Shown: positions 9,130 to 18,943 of the stretch, one piece after another
Layout: each line of letters opens with the position of its first letter
Numbering within the stretch: the first letter of the stretch is position 1
Source: a virus
Taxonomy: Duplodnaviria > Caudoviricetes
DNA: 64,000 nt
Direction: 5' to 3' (one strand)
Virus record (IMG/VR): IMGVR_UViG_3300017700_000931
Span: 256,001-320,000 of that record
Notes under the pieces: generated by a model
Told to the model about the DNA's origin: nothing
Seen by the model: only the letters and a program-made list of their open reading frames with translations
Databases searched by the model: none
Made by a program: the position numbers and the translations under genes

Positions 9130-10038
9130 TTAAATTTTAATTCCGGCGTAATCTAAGGCGAATGCCAGACTTTCTTGGTTGGTACGGTAGTTTGTACCAA
9201 CTGTCAAACTCTCAATTCGACCATTCTCACGTTTTGGTGCTGACTTGTCGTGCGTTGTCCAACGGGTTACTCCCGAATGAAGTCCCCAAAGGTTTTGCCC
9301 CTTTTGGTTCATCTCAATTTCAATGGCGTTGTATAATGACTCCATCGCATTCATTGAGCGGGTTGACTTGTCAATCAATTCGCTTGTCATTGTACGGTCA
9401 AAGCCTAAAATGTGCTTTACCATTTTGTTAGCCAATTCTTTGCTAACTTTGTTCGACTGGAACGCATTGTAAATCTCAATCATTCTCAGGCTCTCAGAAA
9501 GTGACAATTCAATCAATGAAGGAATCGTAGCCATTTTTTCAACCAAGTTAGCTGAATGTCTCCATTTAGCCTGACCAGAACGGTAGAAACGAAAGAACTG
9601 GTTTTGACATGACATTGTTAAGTCACCAATACCAACTGACAATCCGGTGCTACCGTCGTTAGAGTCAATAATGGTCACATAACGTTTAATGCTATCCTCA
9701 CCAACTTTTGACATACCGTCAACGGCTAATTGAATAAACACTTTACGACCACCATCAAGCGCACCTGCTTTTGAAACTGACAACTCACCGAATTTGTTCA
9801 TTCCTGTTAATACCAGTTCAACCAATTCGTCGTTTTGACTCACCACATACGAACCTTTAACAGTATTCAGAATCTCACCGCTCTTGTCATTGTATAGACC
9901 GAAATAATCGCTCTTTACATTATCCACGCTTTGAACACCCTCTGGTGAGGTAATAATACGTGGAGCAACCAATGGCAATTTTTCAATGCGGAAATCTAAA
10001 CCGAACTGAGCTAAAATTTGTTGTGCTTTTTCTTTCAT
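9130..10038 (-). CDS. DUF932 / LGT_TIGR03299-type phage-plasmid protein
   Basis: GLDF..EK.PL, Y.V.QN, AGAL.GGRKVF, DSNDGS, SCQNQ, RH, NLWGL..GVT motif order. Confidence 0.75.
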   Translation of the reverse strand: MKEKAQQILAQFGLDFRIEKLPLVAPRIITSPEGVQSVDNVKSDYFGLYNDKSGEILNTVKGSYVVSQNDELVELVLTGMNKFGELSVSKAGALDGGRKVFIQLAVDGMSKVGEDSIKRYVTIIDSNDGSTGLSVGIGDLTMSCQNQFFRFYRSGQAKWRHSANLVEKMATIPSLIELSLSESLRMIEIYNAFQSNKVSKELANKMVKHILGFDRTMTSELIDKSTRSMNAMESLYNAIEIEMNQKGQNLWGLHSGVTRWTTHDKSAPKRENGRIESLTVGTNYRTNQESLAFALDYAGIKI

Positions 10039-10208
10039 AATAAGGAGTTAATTTAAGTTAGTAATTTATTTGACTGGTACAAATATAAGATAGTATTTCC
10101 GAATAAACAAATATATTATAGTATATTTTCAATTTATTTTTAAAATCCTAACGTTTATGCGGGTTTGAGTTAGTGAAATAAAATAATACGAAAATATATG
10201 CTTTTTTA

Positions 10209-10240
10209 TTTGGTAGATTGAAATAAAGTTCTTATCTTTG
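10209..10240 (+). promoter_or_regulatory. plus-strand promoter with no downstream ORF
   Basis: TTTG 10209-10212, TATCTTTG 10233-10240. Confidence 0.8.
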
Positions 10241-10312
10241 TTTTGTCAGTGGTGAATAACTGAGACGGGTCGACCAGAAAAGTTGAGAGAGTAGACTCCA
10301 CTGTGCCTTATA
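10241..10312 (+). ncRNA. candidate small RNA, twin copy 2
   Basis: Homologous to 8924-9000; ends pair (CAGTGG 10247-10252 / CCACTG 10298-10303). Confidence 0.5.
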
Positions 10313-10427
10313 TTTTTTTACACATGAATTTTCGACCTGTATAATATTTGACATGACCAAATAATTTACACAAAAGTTATTAACAATTATTTTGTTAATA
10401 ACTTTGATGAAAAAAGTTACATAAAAA

Positions 10428-10459
10428 TTTGGTAGAACCGAATTAATGTATTATCTTTG
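10428..10459 (+). promoter_or_regulatory. plus-strand promoter with no downstream ORF
   Basis: TTTG 10428-10431, TATCTTTG 10452-10459. Confidence 0.8.
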
Positions 10460-11016
10460 TTATGTACATTCCATATCTGCATAAACGGCAGACAGCCACC
10501 CCCTACCCTTTACACTGGGTTTTAGGGGGTAGAGTCGTTACACCTCTTTTTTAGGGGGTACCGAAAGGAACCGTTACATACCTATGTTAATAGCCTGTTT
10601 TTGCCTTACTGCAAAGATACTAAAAATATCTGACAACTGCAAGGAATAGAGGATATTAGACCACGCTTTTTATAAAAATATAATTGCTCAAAAACTTGCA
10701 TATTTCAAAAAATTTGTGTAAAGTATTGAGCGTGTTTATGTTGTACTTCATATTTTTTAGAGGTATCCGGTGCATCACATATCCAATAAGCAGGGTTTTT
10801 GGTATAATTTACCACGATTTACCACTTTCTACCATTTAATGACAACGTGCTAACTCAAGTACAAAAAGGACGCATAACCTATCTGAATGCGGATGCCATA
10901 TTACACAAGATGTAGCACACAATGGGCCTTGAGCTGGGGTATACACAAATGTGTACTAGGGTATGTCATGGTACAGGGTGTCCTGTGGGATTTAGGGTAC
11001 ACAAATGTGTCCTTAC

Positions 11017-11253
11017 TTACTGTGACCCCCAAGCACAATAATGTTCTTCATTAACAAAAAATCCTTTAGATAGGTCTTCACCAAAATCAACGAAATTATC
11101 TTTAATATGTTCTATGGAAAAGAAGTATTGTTTAACCGGATTAGATTCATTAATTACATTATAATATAATTTACCATTAAGTGATTTAATAAATCTAGTT
11201 CCAGCTGGACAAGATGGTAAAGCCATATATAGTATTACTACATCAGGTAGCAT
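11017..11253 (-). CDS. LPxCPxG-family paralog 11
   Basis: LPSCPAGTRF...KQYFFS. Confidence 0.85.
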   Translation of the reverse strand: MLPDVVILYMALPSCPAGTRFIKSLNGKLYYNVINESNPVKQYFFSIEHIKDNFVDFGEDLSKGFFVNEEHYCAWGSQ

Positions 11254-11474
11254 TATAGGGATATGTATGGAGTATTATCATCGAAGAAGAAGTCATAGTT
11301 ATTGAGGATTTCTTCTCTGGTGAATGAGTAGTCTTTAAAGTTGTTATTGATTCTATCTTCATCGGATAGGATGAGATAATAGAATGATTGGTTAAGAGAT
11401 GCTTTGAAGAACATTCCGGCTGGGCAAGATGGGAGGTCTTTGAGCAGTTTAATATTTTGAGGGAATTGCATCAT
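11253..11474 (-). CDS. LPxCPxG-family paralog 10
   Basis: LPSCPAGMFF...KDYSFTREEILNNYDFF. Confidence 0.85.
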   Translation of the reverse strand: MMQFPQNIKLLKDLPSCPAGMFFKASLNQSFYYLILSDEDRINNNFKDYSFTREEILNNYDFFFDDNTPYISL

Positions 11475-11782
11475 AAGCTACAGAATGTATTAAACCATTT
11501 GGTATGAATATCTGCTGCATCTAGTGTATTTCCAAACGTTAAAAATTCAGCACTAAAATTATGTGAGAAGAATGTTGTTATTATGTCTGGCGTAATGATT
11601 GTGGATAATTCATTAATTGAAAAAAAGTATTGTTTTATTTCATTTGAACCCTCATTATAGTAGAAGTTACCATCGATGGTTTTAATGAATGATGTACCTG
11701 CTGGGCAGTTAGGTAGTTCTTTAACTAGGGTTAATATGCTAGGTTGTATTTTAAATTGCATCATAAGTTTGACCAACTCCAA
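11471..11782 (-). CDS. LPxCPxG-family paralog 9
   Basis: LPNCPAGTSF...KQYFFS. Confidence 0.85.
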   Translation of the reverse strand: MELVKLMMQFKIQPSILTLVKELPNCPAGTSFIKTIDGNFYYNEGSNEIKQYFFSINELSTIITPDIITTFFSHNFSAEFLTFGNTLDAADIHTKWFNTFCSL

Positions 11783-12075
11783 TTATCGGCAATATGTTTG
11801 AGAAAGCGTTCATGTGAAATATTACAATGCGTTGTATGGTGATTATTATATGCAGCATATGTAACTATTGTTGTAAAAAATGATTCTGTTACGTTTGTAC
11901 TAAGAGACTTTAATACTTCATCAATTGTAAATATATAATCCTTAATATCATTAGATGATTCATTAAAATAGAATTTATTATCTAATGATAAATAGAACTT
12001 TGTACCAACCGGACAAGATGGTAGAGACTTAAATAATATGAGTATATGAGGTAATGTCATTCGAGGTGTAGCCAA
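11761..12075 (-). CDS. LPxCPxG-family paralog 8
   Basis: LPSCPVGTKF...KDYIFTIDEV. Confidence 0.85.
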   Translation of the reverse strand: MATPRMTLPHILILFKSLPSCPVGTKFYLSLDNKFYFNESSNDIKDYIFTIDEVLKSLSTNVTESFFTTIVTYAAYNNHHTTHCNISHERFLKHIADNWSWSNL

Positions 12076-12365
12076 TTGCTATAGTAAGTGCGCCAAATTG
12101 CTTTATAATCTTCTCGACCAGATACGGTTTGATAAAACTCCATATTTTCATGAGTATCTTTAAATACAAAGAATGTTTTATCTAATATGGGTGACATGGC
12201 CATTAGGATTTCTTCTATTGTGAATACATATTGCTTGGTTGAATCCTCTGGGGTATTATAATACTGACTACCATCGAATGACTTAATGAACTTAGTGCCT
12301 ACTGGACAAGATGGAAGGTTCCTGTGCAATACTAGAATATGTGGTATGTATTTAGGTCTAATCAT
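12057..12365 (-). CDS. LPxCPxG-family paralog 7
   Basis: LPSCPVGTKF...KQYVFTIEEI. Confidence 0.85.
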   Translation of the reverse strand: MIRPKYIPHILVLHRNLPSCPVGTKFIKSFDGSQYYNTPEDSTKQYVFTIEEILMAMSPILDKTFFVFKDTHENMEFYQTVSGREDYKAIWRTYYSNWLHLE

Positions 12366-12622
12366 TATAGTGTATGATTAAAGAGTGTATCCATTATAGT
12401 AGATGAGACAATATAAGTTTTACCGAATGGTATGAAGAAATCTGGATTAGTTAGTATTTCTTCTCTAGAGAATATGTATTGTTTTTCTGATTGGGATGTT
12501 TCGTTTGTTATGTTATAGAAGAATTGCCCATCTAGGGTTATTTTGAAGATGGTTAATTTAGGGCAGCATGGCAAATCCTTGACCAATAAGGTTTCTGTGA
12601 AGGATATATCTCGTGTATTCAT
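12365..12622 (-). CDS. LPxCPxG-family paralog 6
   Basis: LPCCPKLTIF...KQYIFSREEILTNPDFF. Confidence 0.85.
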   Translation of the reverse strand: MNTRDISFTETLLVKDLPCCPKLTIFKITLDGQFFYNITNETSQSEKQYIFSREEILTNPDFFIPFGKTYIVSSTIMDTLFNHTL

Positions 12623-12661
12623 TGTTTTGTTGATGTTTGTGGTGTTATAGAAGAATAATGG

Positions 12662-13072
12662 TTATTTTAAGAAGGCAGTATGGGAAATCTGTATTCCAGA
12701 ATTAAAGCCAACACTTAATGAGTGTGACTTATTTTTTGTTTGATTAGGTTCATCCTCATATTCATCCCATTTAATATCATCGCTCATATGAAATGACTCA
12801 GGGTATCTAATCATTCGTTCCTTTATATCAGGGAATATTCTTTCCCAATCCGTTAGTACGCATCTGAACTTATAATGAATTAATGCCCCATGAAAGAAGA
12901 AGTCTGGATTATCTATTACCTCTTGTATTGTGAATGAATATTCTTTTATATTAGCTTCATCATCCGGCATGACAAGTGTATAGTGTTTTTCATCAAGGCT
13001 AAGGTTGAATTGGCTTAACCTAGGACAATTCGGTAGGCTTTTTAATAGCGTTATAGTTTTATCCAGCATCAT
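12662..13072 (-). CDS. LPxCPxG-family paralog 5
   Basis: LPNCPRLSQF...KEYSFTIQEVIDNPDFF. Confidence 0.85.
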   Translation of the reverse strand: MMLDKTITLLKSLPNCPRLSQFNLSLDEKHYTLVMPDDEANIKEYSFTIQEVIDNPDFFFHGALIHYKFRCVLTDWERIFPDIKERMIRYPESFHMSDDIKWDEYEDEPNQTKNKSHSLSVGFNSGIQISHTAFLK

Positions 13073-13370
13073 GAATAGATTTGAATAGGGTGTTTAAATC
13101 AAGACCCAGCGATGTATTAAAATATTTCTCTTCTGGTACTAGAGTACCTAATGCATTAGCCCAAACTAAAAGCCTTTTGTAAGTTGTTTTATCACCCATA
13201 TAAAAGAATTCTTTATTGGATTCAACTTCATCAATTGAAAATATGTATTGCTTTGTGGTATCATCAGGTTCATTATAATAATATTTCTCATCTAATGATA
13301 GATAGAATTCTGTCCCAAGTGGACAATTAGGTAACGATTGCTTTAGCGTTATGATTTGGTGCTTACTCAT
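13059..13370 (-). CDS. LPxCPxG-family paralog 4
   Basis: LPNCPLGTEF...KQYIFSIDEVESNKEFF. Confidence 0.85.
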   Translation of the reverse strand: MSKHQIITLKQSLPNCPLGTEFYLSLDEKYYYNEPDDTTKQYIFSIDEVESNKEFFYMGDKTTYKRLLVWANALGTLVPEEKYFNTSLGLDLNTLFKSIHDAG

Positions 13371-13698
13371 TTAAAAATCTTCTTCTATGTGATGGTGAAG
13401 CACCATATATTTCATTAAAAGCATCACCTCTATCATGATGAAGCCAGATTTCTTTATTTCCATGAAAAAAGAAAGCATTATTAAATATAACCTCATTAGG
13501 CAAGAACATATATTGTTTTATATTTCCCCTCATGTCATCCTCGATGAGTGGATTATAGTAACATGATTCATCTAGTGCTAGGACGAATGATTCACCTCTT
13601 GGGCAATTGGGTAGATTAACCATAAGGATTACTTCTTTGGGCAATTCGGTTAATTGTATGTCTTCTGGTTTCATTGGTCTGCAAGCCATTTGTTTCAT
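13363..13698 (-). CDS. LPxCPxG-family paralog 3
   Basis: LPNCPRGESF...KQYMFLPNEVIFNNAFF. Confidence 0.85.
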   Translation of the reverse strand: MKQMACRPMKPEDIQLTELPKEVILMVNLPNCPRGESFVLALDESCYYNPLIEDDMRGNIKQYMFLPNEVIFNNAFFFHGNKEIWLHHDRGDAFNEIYGASPSHRRRFLNE

Positions 13699-13985
13699 TG
13701 GTTTAGTACTTGTATTATTTGGTTAAGCATATGATTGATTCTTTGATTGGTATTATCATGAATATCAATTTCACCACATGGGTTCATGTTATATGATATG
13801 AAGAAATCTGGATTGGTTAGGATTTCTTCCATGGTAAAGAAATATTGTTTAAACTTATCATTAATGACTTCTTCATCTGTCATTATGTGATAATACTGAC
13901 TACCATCTAATGTGGCTCTAAATTCTCGGCCACTTGGACAAGACGGTAGACTTTTACATAGGATTAGGTGGTCAGGTAATTCCAT
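13695..13985 (-). CDS. LPxCPxG-family paralog 2 (probable start 13985)
   Basis: LPSCPSGREF...KQYFFTMEEILTNPDFF. Confidence 0.85.
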   Translation of the reverse strand: MELPDHLILCKSLPSCPSGREFRATLDGSQYYHIMTDEEVINDKFKQYFFTMEEILTNPDFFISYNMNPCGEIDIHDNTNQRINHMLNQIIQVLNQ

Positions 13986-15011
13986 TATATGTTTGTTCAT
14001 TAAGTAATAGTTGCTTAATAGAATACCTTCTAAAAAAACCATCAAGAAATTCTTTAAAGGCATCCTTATCACTATATATTAAAATTTGATTACCACAAAG
14101 AATAACATTATTTCTATGACGTATTTCCCACCTAATACTCATTGATGTTATAGATAATATTTTCACCTTTAATTTTAAGTTATGTTTCTTACCTACCTTA
14201 ATAATCAATTTAACCATAGATTGAGAGCTTTTAAAGTTTTTCATCTATCAAAGCATGCGTTAACCAGAAAGCAATTGAGGTTGCTTTGGCTAGGTTATAA
14301 TCGTTATATCTCATGAAGGCATTTTCATCCCAAGGTTCCGGCTCTGGGCTATCACCAATGAATGCTGTATTCTGCTGTATTGGTTTTATCCTGATAGGAT
14401 TTGCACATTGAAAGTAATTCATCAAGTGATTTTGACATTGGTTTTCGATTATCTGCATCAAATGCATCATAACCCCATCTACCTCTCATGAAGTTCATAA
14501 TATCTGTTGGGGTTCTGAAGATATCATCAGCTTTCTCAGTTCTTATAGCCAAACGAACATCATAACCATTTCTCTGATATTTTTCACCATCCGGCAGATA
14601 TAGTTGTTCCATTAAAGCATTTTGTGGTACTTCTGATGGCACTACAAGAAAATATGGTTTGTCGTATGTATCTGGGTGAACCTTTGATGCAATTGGGGCC
14701 AACTGGGAGTTCAGTGCTTCTTCTAGTTTGGTTAAACTTTCTTTCACCAAATCATCTAGTTTACCATACCAATTTTTATTATGTGGATTACTACCATATT
14801 CAAATTTTTCTAAGTCAATCCAATATTGATAGACAAATGAATGTGTTGGTTCGGAACAACCTGTTCTTTCGGTGATATTAGCGAATGACCAAACACCATC
14901 AGAATTGGTATGAGGTTTTAACACTAGGATATTTTCGTTTTGCATTTTTGGTGCAACCGGATTTGAACCTCTTACAGCACTTACTTCAAAATAGATGTAT
15001 TTAATCTTCAT
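13972..15011 (-). CDS. three unrelated hypothetical ORFs interrupting the array (13972-14244, 14231-14470, 14352-15011)
   Basis: ORF track; start of 14231-14470 is uncertain because it overlaps the upstream gene. Confidence 0.65.
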
Positions 15012-15339
15012 AATTTTCCTTTATGTTTTTCTTTCTGAATTCTTCAATATCTTCAGTCTTTATTTTACCAGCCGCTACATTCTTACCTAGGGCCTGAAGA
15101 TAACCTTCTTCTTCAATATCACCTAGGAAGAAAAATTCAGAATTATATACAACTTCTTTAACTGAGAAGATGTATGCTTTTAGCTTACCACTTATAGCTT
15201 CTTCATCAGTCATTGAGTGATAGTAATGATTGCCATCAACGGTTAGTTTAAACAATCGCCCAACCGGACAATTAGGTAATGCTTTTTTGACCATTACGAT
15301 TTTAGGTGGTTCAAGTAATTCTTTTGGAGGATTTGCCAT
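15001..15339 (-). CDS. LPxCPxG-family paralog 1
   Basis: LPNCPVGRLF...KAYIFSVKEVVYNSEFF. Confidence 0.85.
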   Translation of the reverse strand: MANPPKELLEPPKIVMVKKALPNCPVGRLFKLTVDGNHYYHSMTDEEAISGKLKAYIFSVKEVVYNSEFFFLGDIEEEGYLQALGKNVAAGKIKTEDIEEFRKKNIKENYED

Positions 15340-15340
15340 G

Positions 15341-17014
15341 TTATTCAGGTTTAAATTCTTTTGCGTCTAATAAATCTATTATGGAATCAAGGTGTTCGAG
15401 GTTTTCAATTACTGTTATGAGTTGTGGTTCGCCAACGCCATCATTAATATCAAATAGCTCGTGTGTATTGGTATTGTACATGTAATCCCAATTACCATAA
15501 ATGAATTCAATGTTATTACCTTTAAGGCAAACGAATCCACGTTCTTTGAGAATATCTGGTGTAATCATATTTTACAAAGATAAGAATTATAAATCATGTT
15601 TGACAGCAAAATCAAAAATATAATTTAAAAATAAATCACTAGTATCAGATGGTCCTTTACCAATTAATAGAATTGGAATCCACCATGTGATTGGTAGTAG
15701 AACAATGTATACCACGAAAATGATATAAATAATTCCCAGATATATTCGTTTAATTATCTTCATGTACAAACATTATAAATTGCAGCAATAAAAAAGCTAA
15801 TTATCATTCCTATTGCGATACCTAGTTTTAGTGTTGCTTTATCTTCTTCGGTAATATCTGGGACGACAATCCCATTTTCTTTAACGTATCGTGGTGGAAC
15901 AATAATTGTTTTGACTTGTGATTTAACATCATCTAAGCTAATATTGAATTTCTTTTCAATATCGGCCTTTGTACCATATATGGTTTTACCAATGTTTAAT
16001 TGATGAGCATCCTCATATACTACCATGAATTTATCCACGAAACCAGTTTCGATAACGTGTATTAATTCCGGCTCACCTTCCCATTGGAATGTTTTGCAAT
16101 TATTCTTGATTGGTATCCATTTAATATTTTCGTGCTCTTCCATGATGTCAAGTTAATATTACTTCTAGTTCGTGTCTCAATGCAATAAGTAGTGTCTCTT
16201 TATCCACTTCATAGCATTTTTTAGTTGTGTTAACACTGTTACGACTATCGCCGGAATGATAATATTTTTCACCTTGTCTTGGTATCACATCTAACATAAG
16301 GTCTAATGAATCTGATATATCAAATTCTTCTGAATCATTATACATTCTGTATGCCCATAATTCAGAAAACCATATACGTTTTACTTCATCAAATAATAGT
16401 TTATCAGGAAGACTATCAGACACTCTTTTAATGAACTCATCAATCTTAGCTCTTTTGAATTCAGTTGGGTCACATGGTTTAAAATGCTGTAGGTCCAAAT
16501 TATAATCTCTGTTAACATAGTTACCATTTTCATCAAAGAAGCAACTAATTGAGCCATATCCTTTAAAATATTCGAATTTAAAACCATGATATGTTGAAAT
16601 CTCAATTCTCTCATGGTATCTAGCAGCTACGCTAACTTCATCATATCCTTCAACTCTATGTGGATTCTTAGGCATAGCATCTTTAATACCTAATAAGATA
16701 TCATGTCCATCAGTTACGGTACCAAAGTTTTGTGTGAAGTAATCACCAACATAAAATTGTTTATTGATTTCCGTCAGCAATTTTTCTTTGGATGATGCTG
16801 GTTCAACAATGACATGTTTACCATGTCTATTTTTCACTAAGACTTCGGTATCACTAATGCGATTTATTACTTCACATTTACCTTGAAACATATCCTCTAT
16901 GATATTCTTATCTTCGATAACCCTAACGGCTTTAATTTTTGCTACCAATTCTTTATCAGTATTCTCAAATACTGAATAACCTTTTTGGTCAGCGTAATCC
17001 CCAATTCGTTTCAT
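15341..17014 (-). CDS. hypothetical proteins (15341-15568, 15587-15769 membrane, 15760-16143 C-terminal TM, 16148-17014)
   Basis: Closely packed co-oriented ORFs. Confidence 0.75.
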
Positions 17015-17022
17015 AATTATTT

Positions 17023-17655
17023 TTAATTAAATAGAAATTTATCACTTGTTGCTTCTACTTTAAAATCTGGTTGTTCTCTGTGGTGTGCCTTTATTACTGC
17101 AACCAATTTCTTGTCACTAGTTGGGTTGTTTTCTCTTATCTCAATACTATCAATAATGAAAAACCCTTTAAGACTAAAATTTTCACTGTATATTTCAGTA
17201 CTATTGGTTGGAGTGCAAGAAATCTTTTTCATATTTAAAGTAGAAATCTTTTCTGTTGTCCTAGCTATTTTTATTAACCTTTCCAAACATTTAGATTCTG
17301 CCTCTTCGTATGTTCCATTATAATTGATATCAGAAGTAACAAGTTTATCCGTTTTAGTATTGTATATCCTATAGGAAAATTCTTGTGAACCAATTTCTGG
17401 TAATCCAGCTAAGGCGTATTCAGTTCTAAACCATCTAAACACTTGTTGGTATGTTGGTGCCTTACATATTGAAATATTAGTTCTCATGTATGATTCAATT
17501 TCACTAGGTTTACCAACTCCAAGTCCGATTATATTTTTATTTTCTGGTTCTCCAGAAGTGCCAGAATTATAATAATAAGCGAAACAAGGTTCATTGAAAT
17601 CTAAATCTTTCAAACCTAACGCTTCTTCATATGTAATAAAATCTTTATTTACCAT
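17023..17655 (-). CDS. FNEPC-motif phage protein, paralog A
   Basis: LKDLDFNEPC...APTYQQVFRWF shared with 18538 and 25552. Confidence 0.8.
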   Translation of the reverse strand: MVNKDFITYEEALGLKDLDFNEPCFAYYYNSGTSGEPENKNIIGLGVGKPSEIESYMRTNISICKAPTYQQVFRWFRTEYALAGLPEIGSQEFSYRIYNTKTDKLVTSDINYNGTYEEAESKCLERLIKIARTTEKISTLNMKKISCTPTNSTEIYSENFSLKGFFIIDSIEIRENNPTSDKKLVAVIKAHHREQPDFKVEATSDKFLFN

Positions 17656-17835
17656 AACTTATCCATTTGATATTGTAATATCTTTAGGGTATTTAGCTTC
17701 CATTTTTTCGACGAAATCAATTATATCGTCAGCAATTTCGTCTCGCTCACCATGTGGTTGATTTGCTAGAAGCCTTTCCAGTTTATCGATGTGTTCTTTC
17801 GCCACAACATAATCTACATCCATTCCCATAATTCC

Positions 17836-18534
17836 TTAGTTATTTGTATAACCTTTATCTTCCCACCATTTTAACAAATCTGAGTCAGTAATTTTGTATA
17901 AGTCATCCTCACATTCCATCTTCAGAACCATTTGATTATATCCGGCATATGCAGAAATACAAACTTCAATGCACATACCAACTTTACTTGATAGATACTT
18001 TAAAAATTCCATAGCTAATTCAGGAAGGTCTTTCATTGGTAAGCTAAGCATTTTAATTGCTTCTTCTACTGCAAGATTGTTCGTTGTTTGTTCCATTATA
18101 TTGATGATTTAATTATCAGTAAACATAAATTCTGCAACAGGTTCCTTTGTTTTGGACCATAAGACAATCAATTCATTTCGTTTGGCCTCCATGTCTTTAA
18201 TCAATTGCAATTCTCTTTCTTCACCGTTTTCTTCCCACCAATTGGACCGGATAGAACATTCAATTGGGTCTTGGTTAATTAACCTCACTTCAAAGCTAAT
18301 GATATTAATCTTCATGTTTTTTATTCCCTCAACCACAACTGGTGTTATCTCACAACAATACTTTAAATCGATAAGTGAATCATCTATCTTCACGAGCATA
18401 TCCCTTGAGGATTCATTGTTGAATCGTTTATCTATGAAGGCTTCTACCATGTTAAGTATTCTGACTTCATTGGCTCCGCTTTCAAAGATATGGTCTATCT
18501 CAAGTTTGAGTTGTCTGGTAAATTCTTGGTTCAT
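17836..18534 (-). CDS. hypothetical proteins (17836-18096, 18109-18534)
   Basis: ORF track. Confidence 0.75.
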
Positions 18535-18537
18535 AAA

Positions 18538-18942
18538 TTATGAGTTTTTTTGTTGTTTTTTTACAACTTCAATTAGTTTTCTAAGTACTTCCAATTGTGC
18601 TTCAGGATGTGAATTGTAAACACCCACTGAATTATATTCACCTCTTTGCCAATACCGTCCTTCATAGGTTCTCGGTTCTTTTGTTAAATAAGGTTGAATC
18701 CAACTTTCGATAGGCCATTCAACATATACAGTTGTTTTAGCAAACCATCTAAATGCTTGTTGATATAATGGAGCGGATGTTACATCACCATTGACCAGAT
18801 TATCATTCCAATTTCTTGGTTCAGGGTTTATGTTTAAAAAATTATCAGTTCCTTCAACAAAAACACCATAACATGGTTCATTAAAACCTAATTGTTTTAG
18901 AGCTAATGCCTCATCCGGTGCAACAAAATCTTTTTTTTCCAT
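18538..18942 (-). CDS. FNEPC-motif phage protein, paralog B
   Basis: LKQLGFNEPC...APLYQQAFRWF. Confidence 0.8.
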   Translation of the reverse strand: MEKKDFVAPDEALALKQLGFNEPCYGVFVEGTDNFLNINPEPRNWNDNLVNGDVTSAPLYQQAFRWFAKTTVYVEWPIESWIQPYLTKEPRTYEGRYWQRGEYNSVGVYNSHPEAQLEVLRKLIEVVKKQQKNS

Positions 18943-18943
18943 A

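Larger units (their letters stand above)
666..10111 (-). promoter_or_regulatory. Cluster of Bacteroidota sigma-type promoters (TTTG-N20-TATATTTG), most followed by leader GTCAAACTAA
   Basis: -7/-33 boxes read on the minus strand at 666-673/694-697, 1804-1811/1832-1835, 2796-2803/2824-2827, 3415-3422/3443-3446, 5196-5203/5224-5227, 6588-6595/6616-6619, 7646-7653/7674-7677, 8217-8224/8245-8248, 8799-8806/8827-8830, 10080-10087/10108-10111; all have a 20-nt spacer; matches the established Bacteroidota TTTG/TAnnTTTG consensus. Confidence 0.92.

Noticed and set aside
449-10111. CRISPR array or integron attC array interpretation of the repeats
   Set aside because: Repeats are irregularly spaced, separated by whole genes and vary in stem sequence; no GTTRRRY core, integrase or cas gene in the window
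11017-15339. Diversity-generating retroelement or recent tandem DNA amplification behind the LPxCP array
   Set aside because: No reverse transcriptase and no near-identical template/variable repeat pair; copies are similar only at protein level
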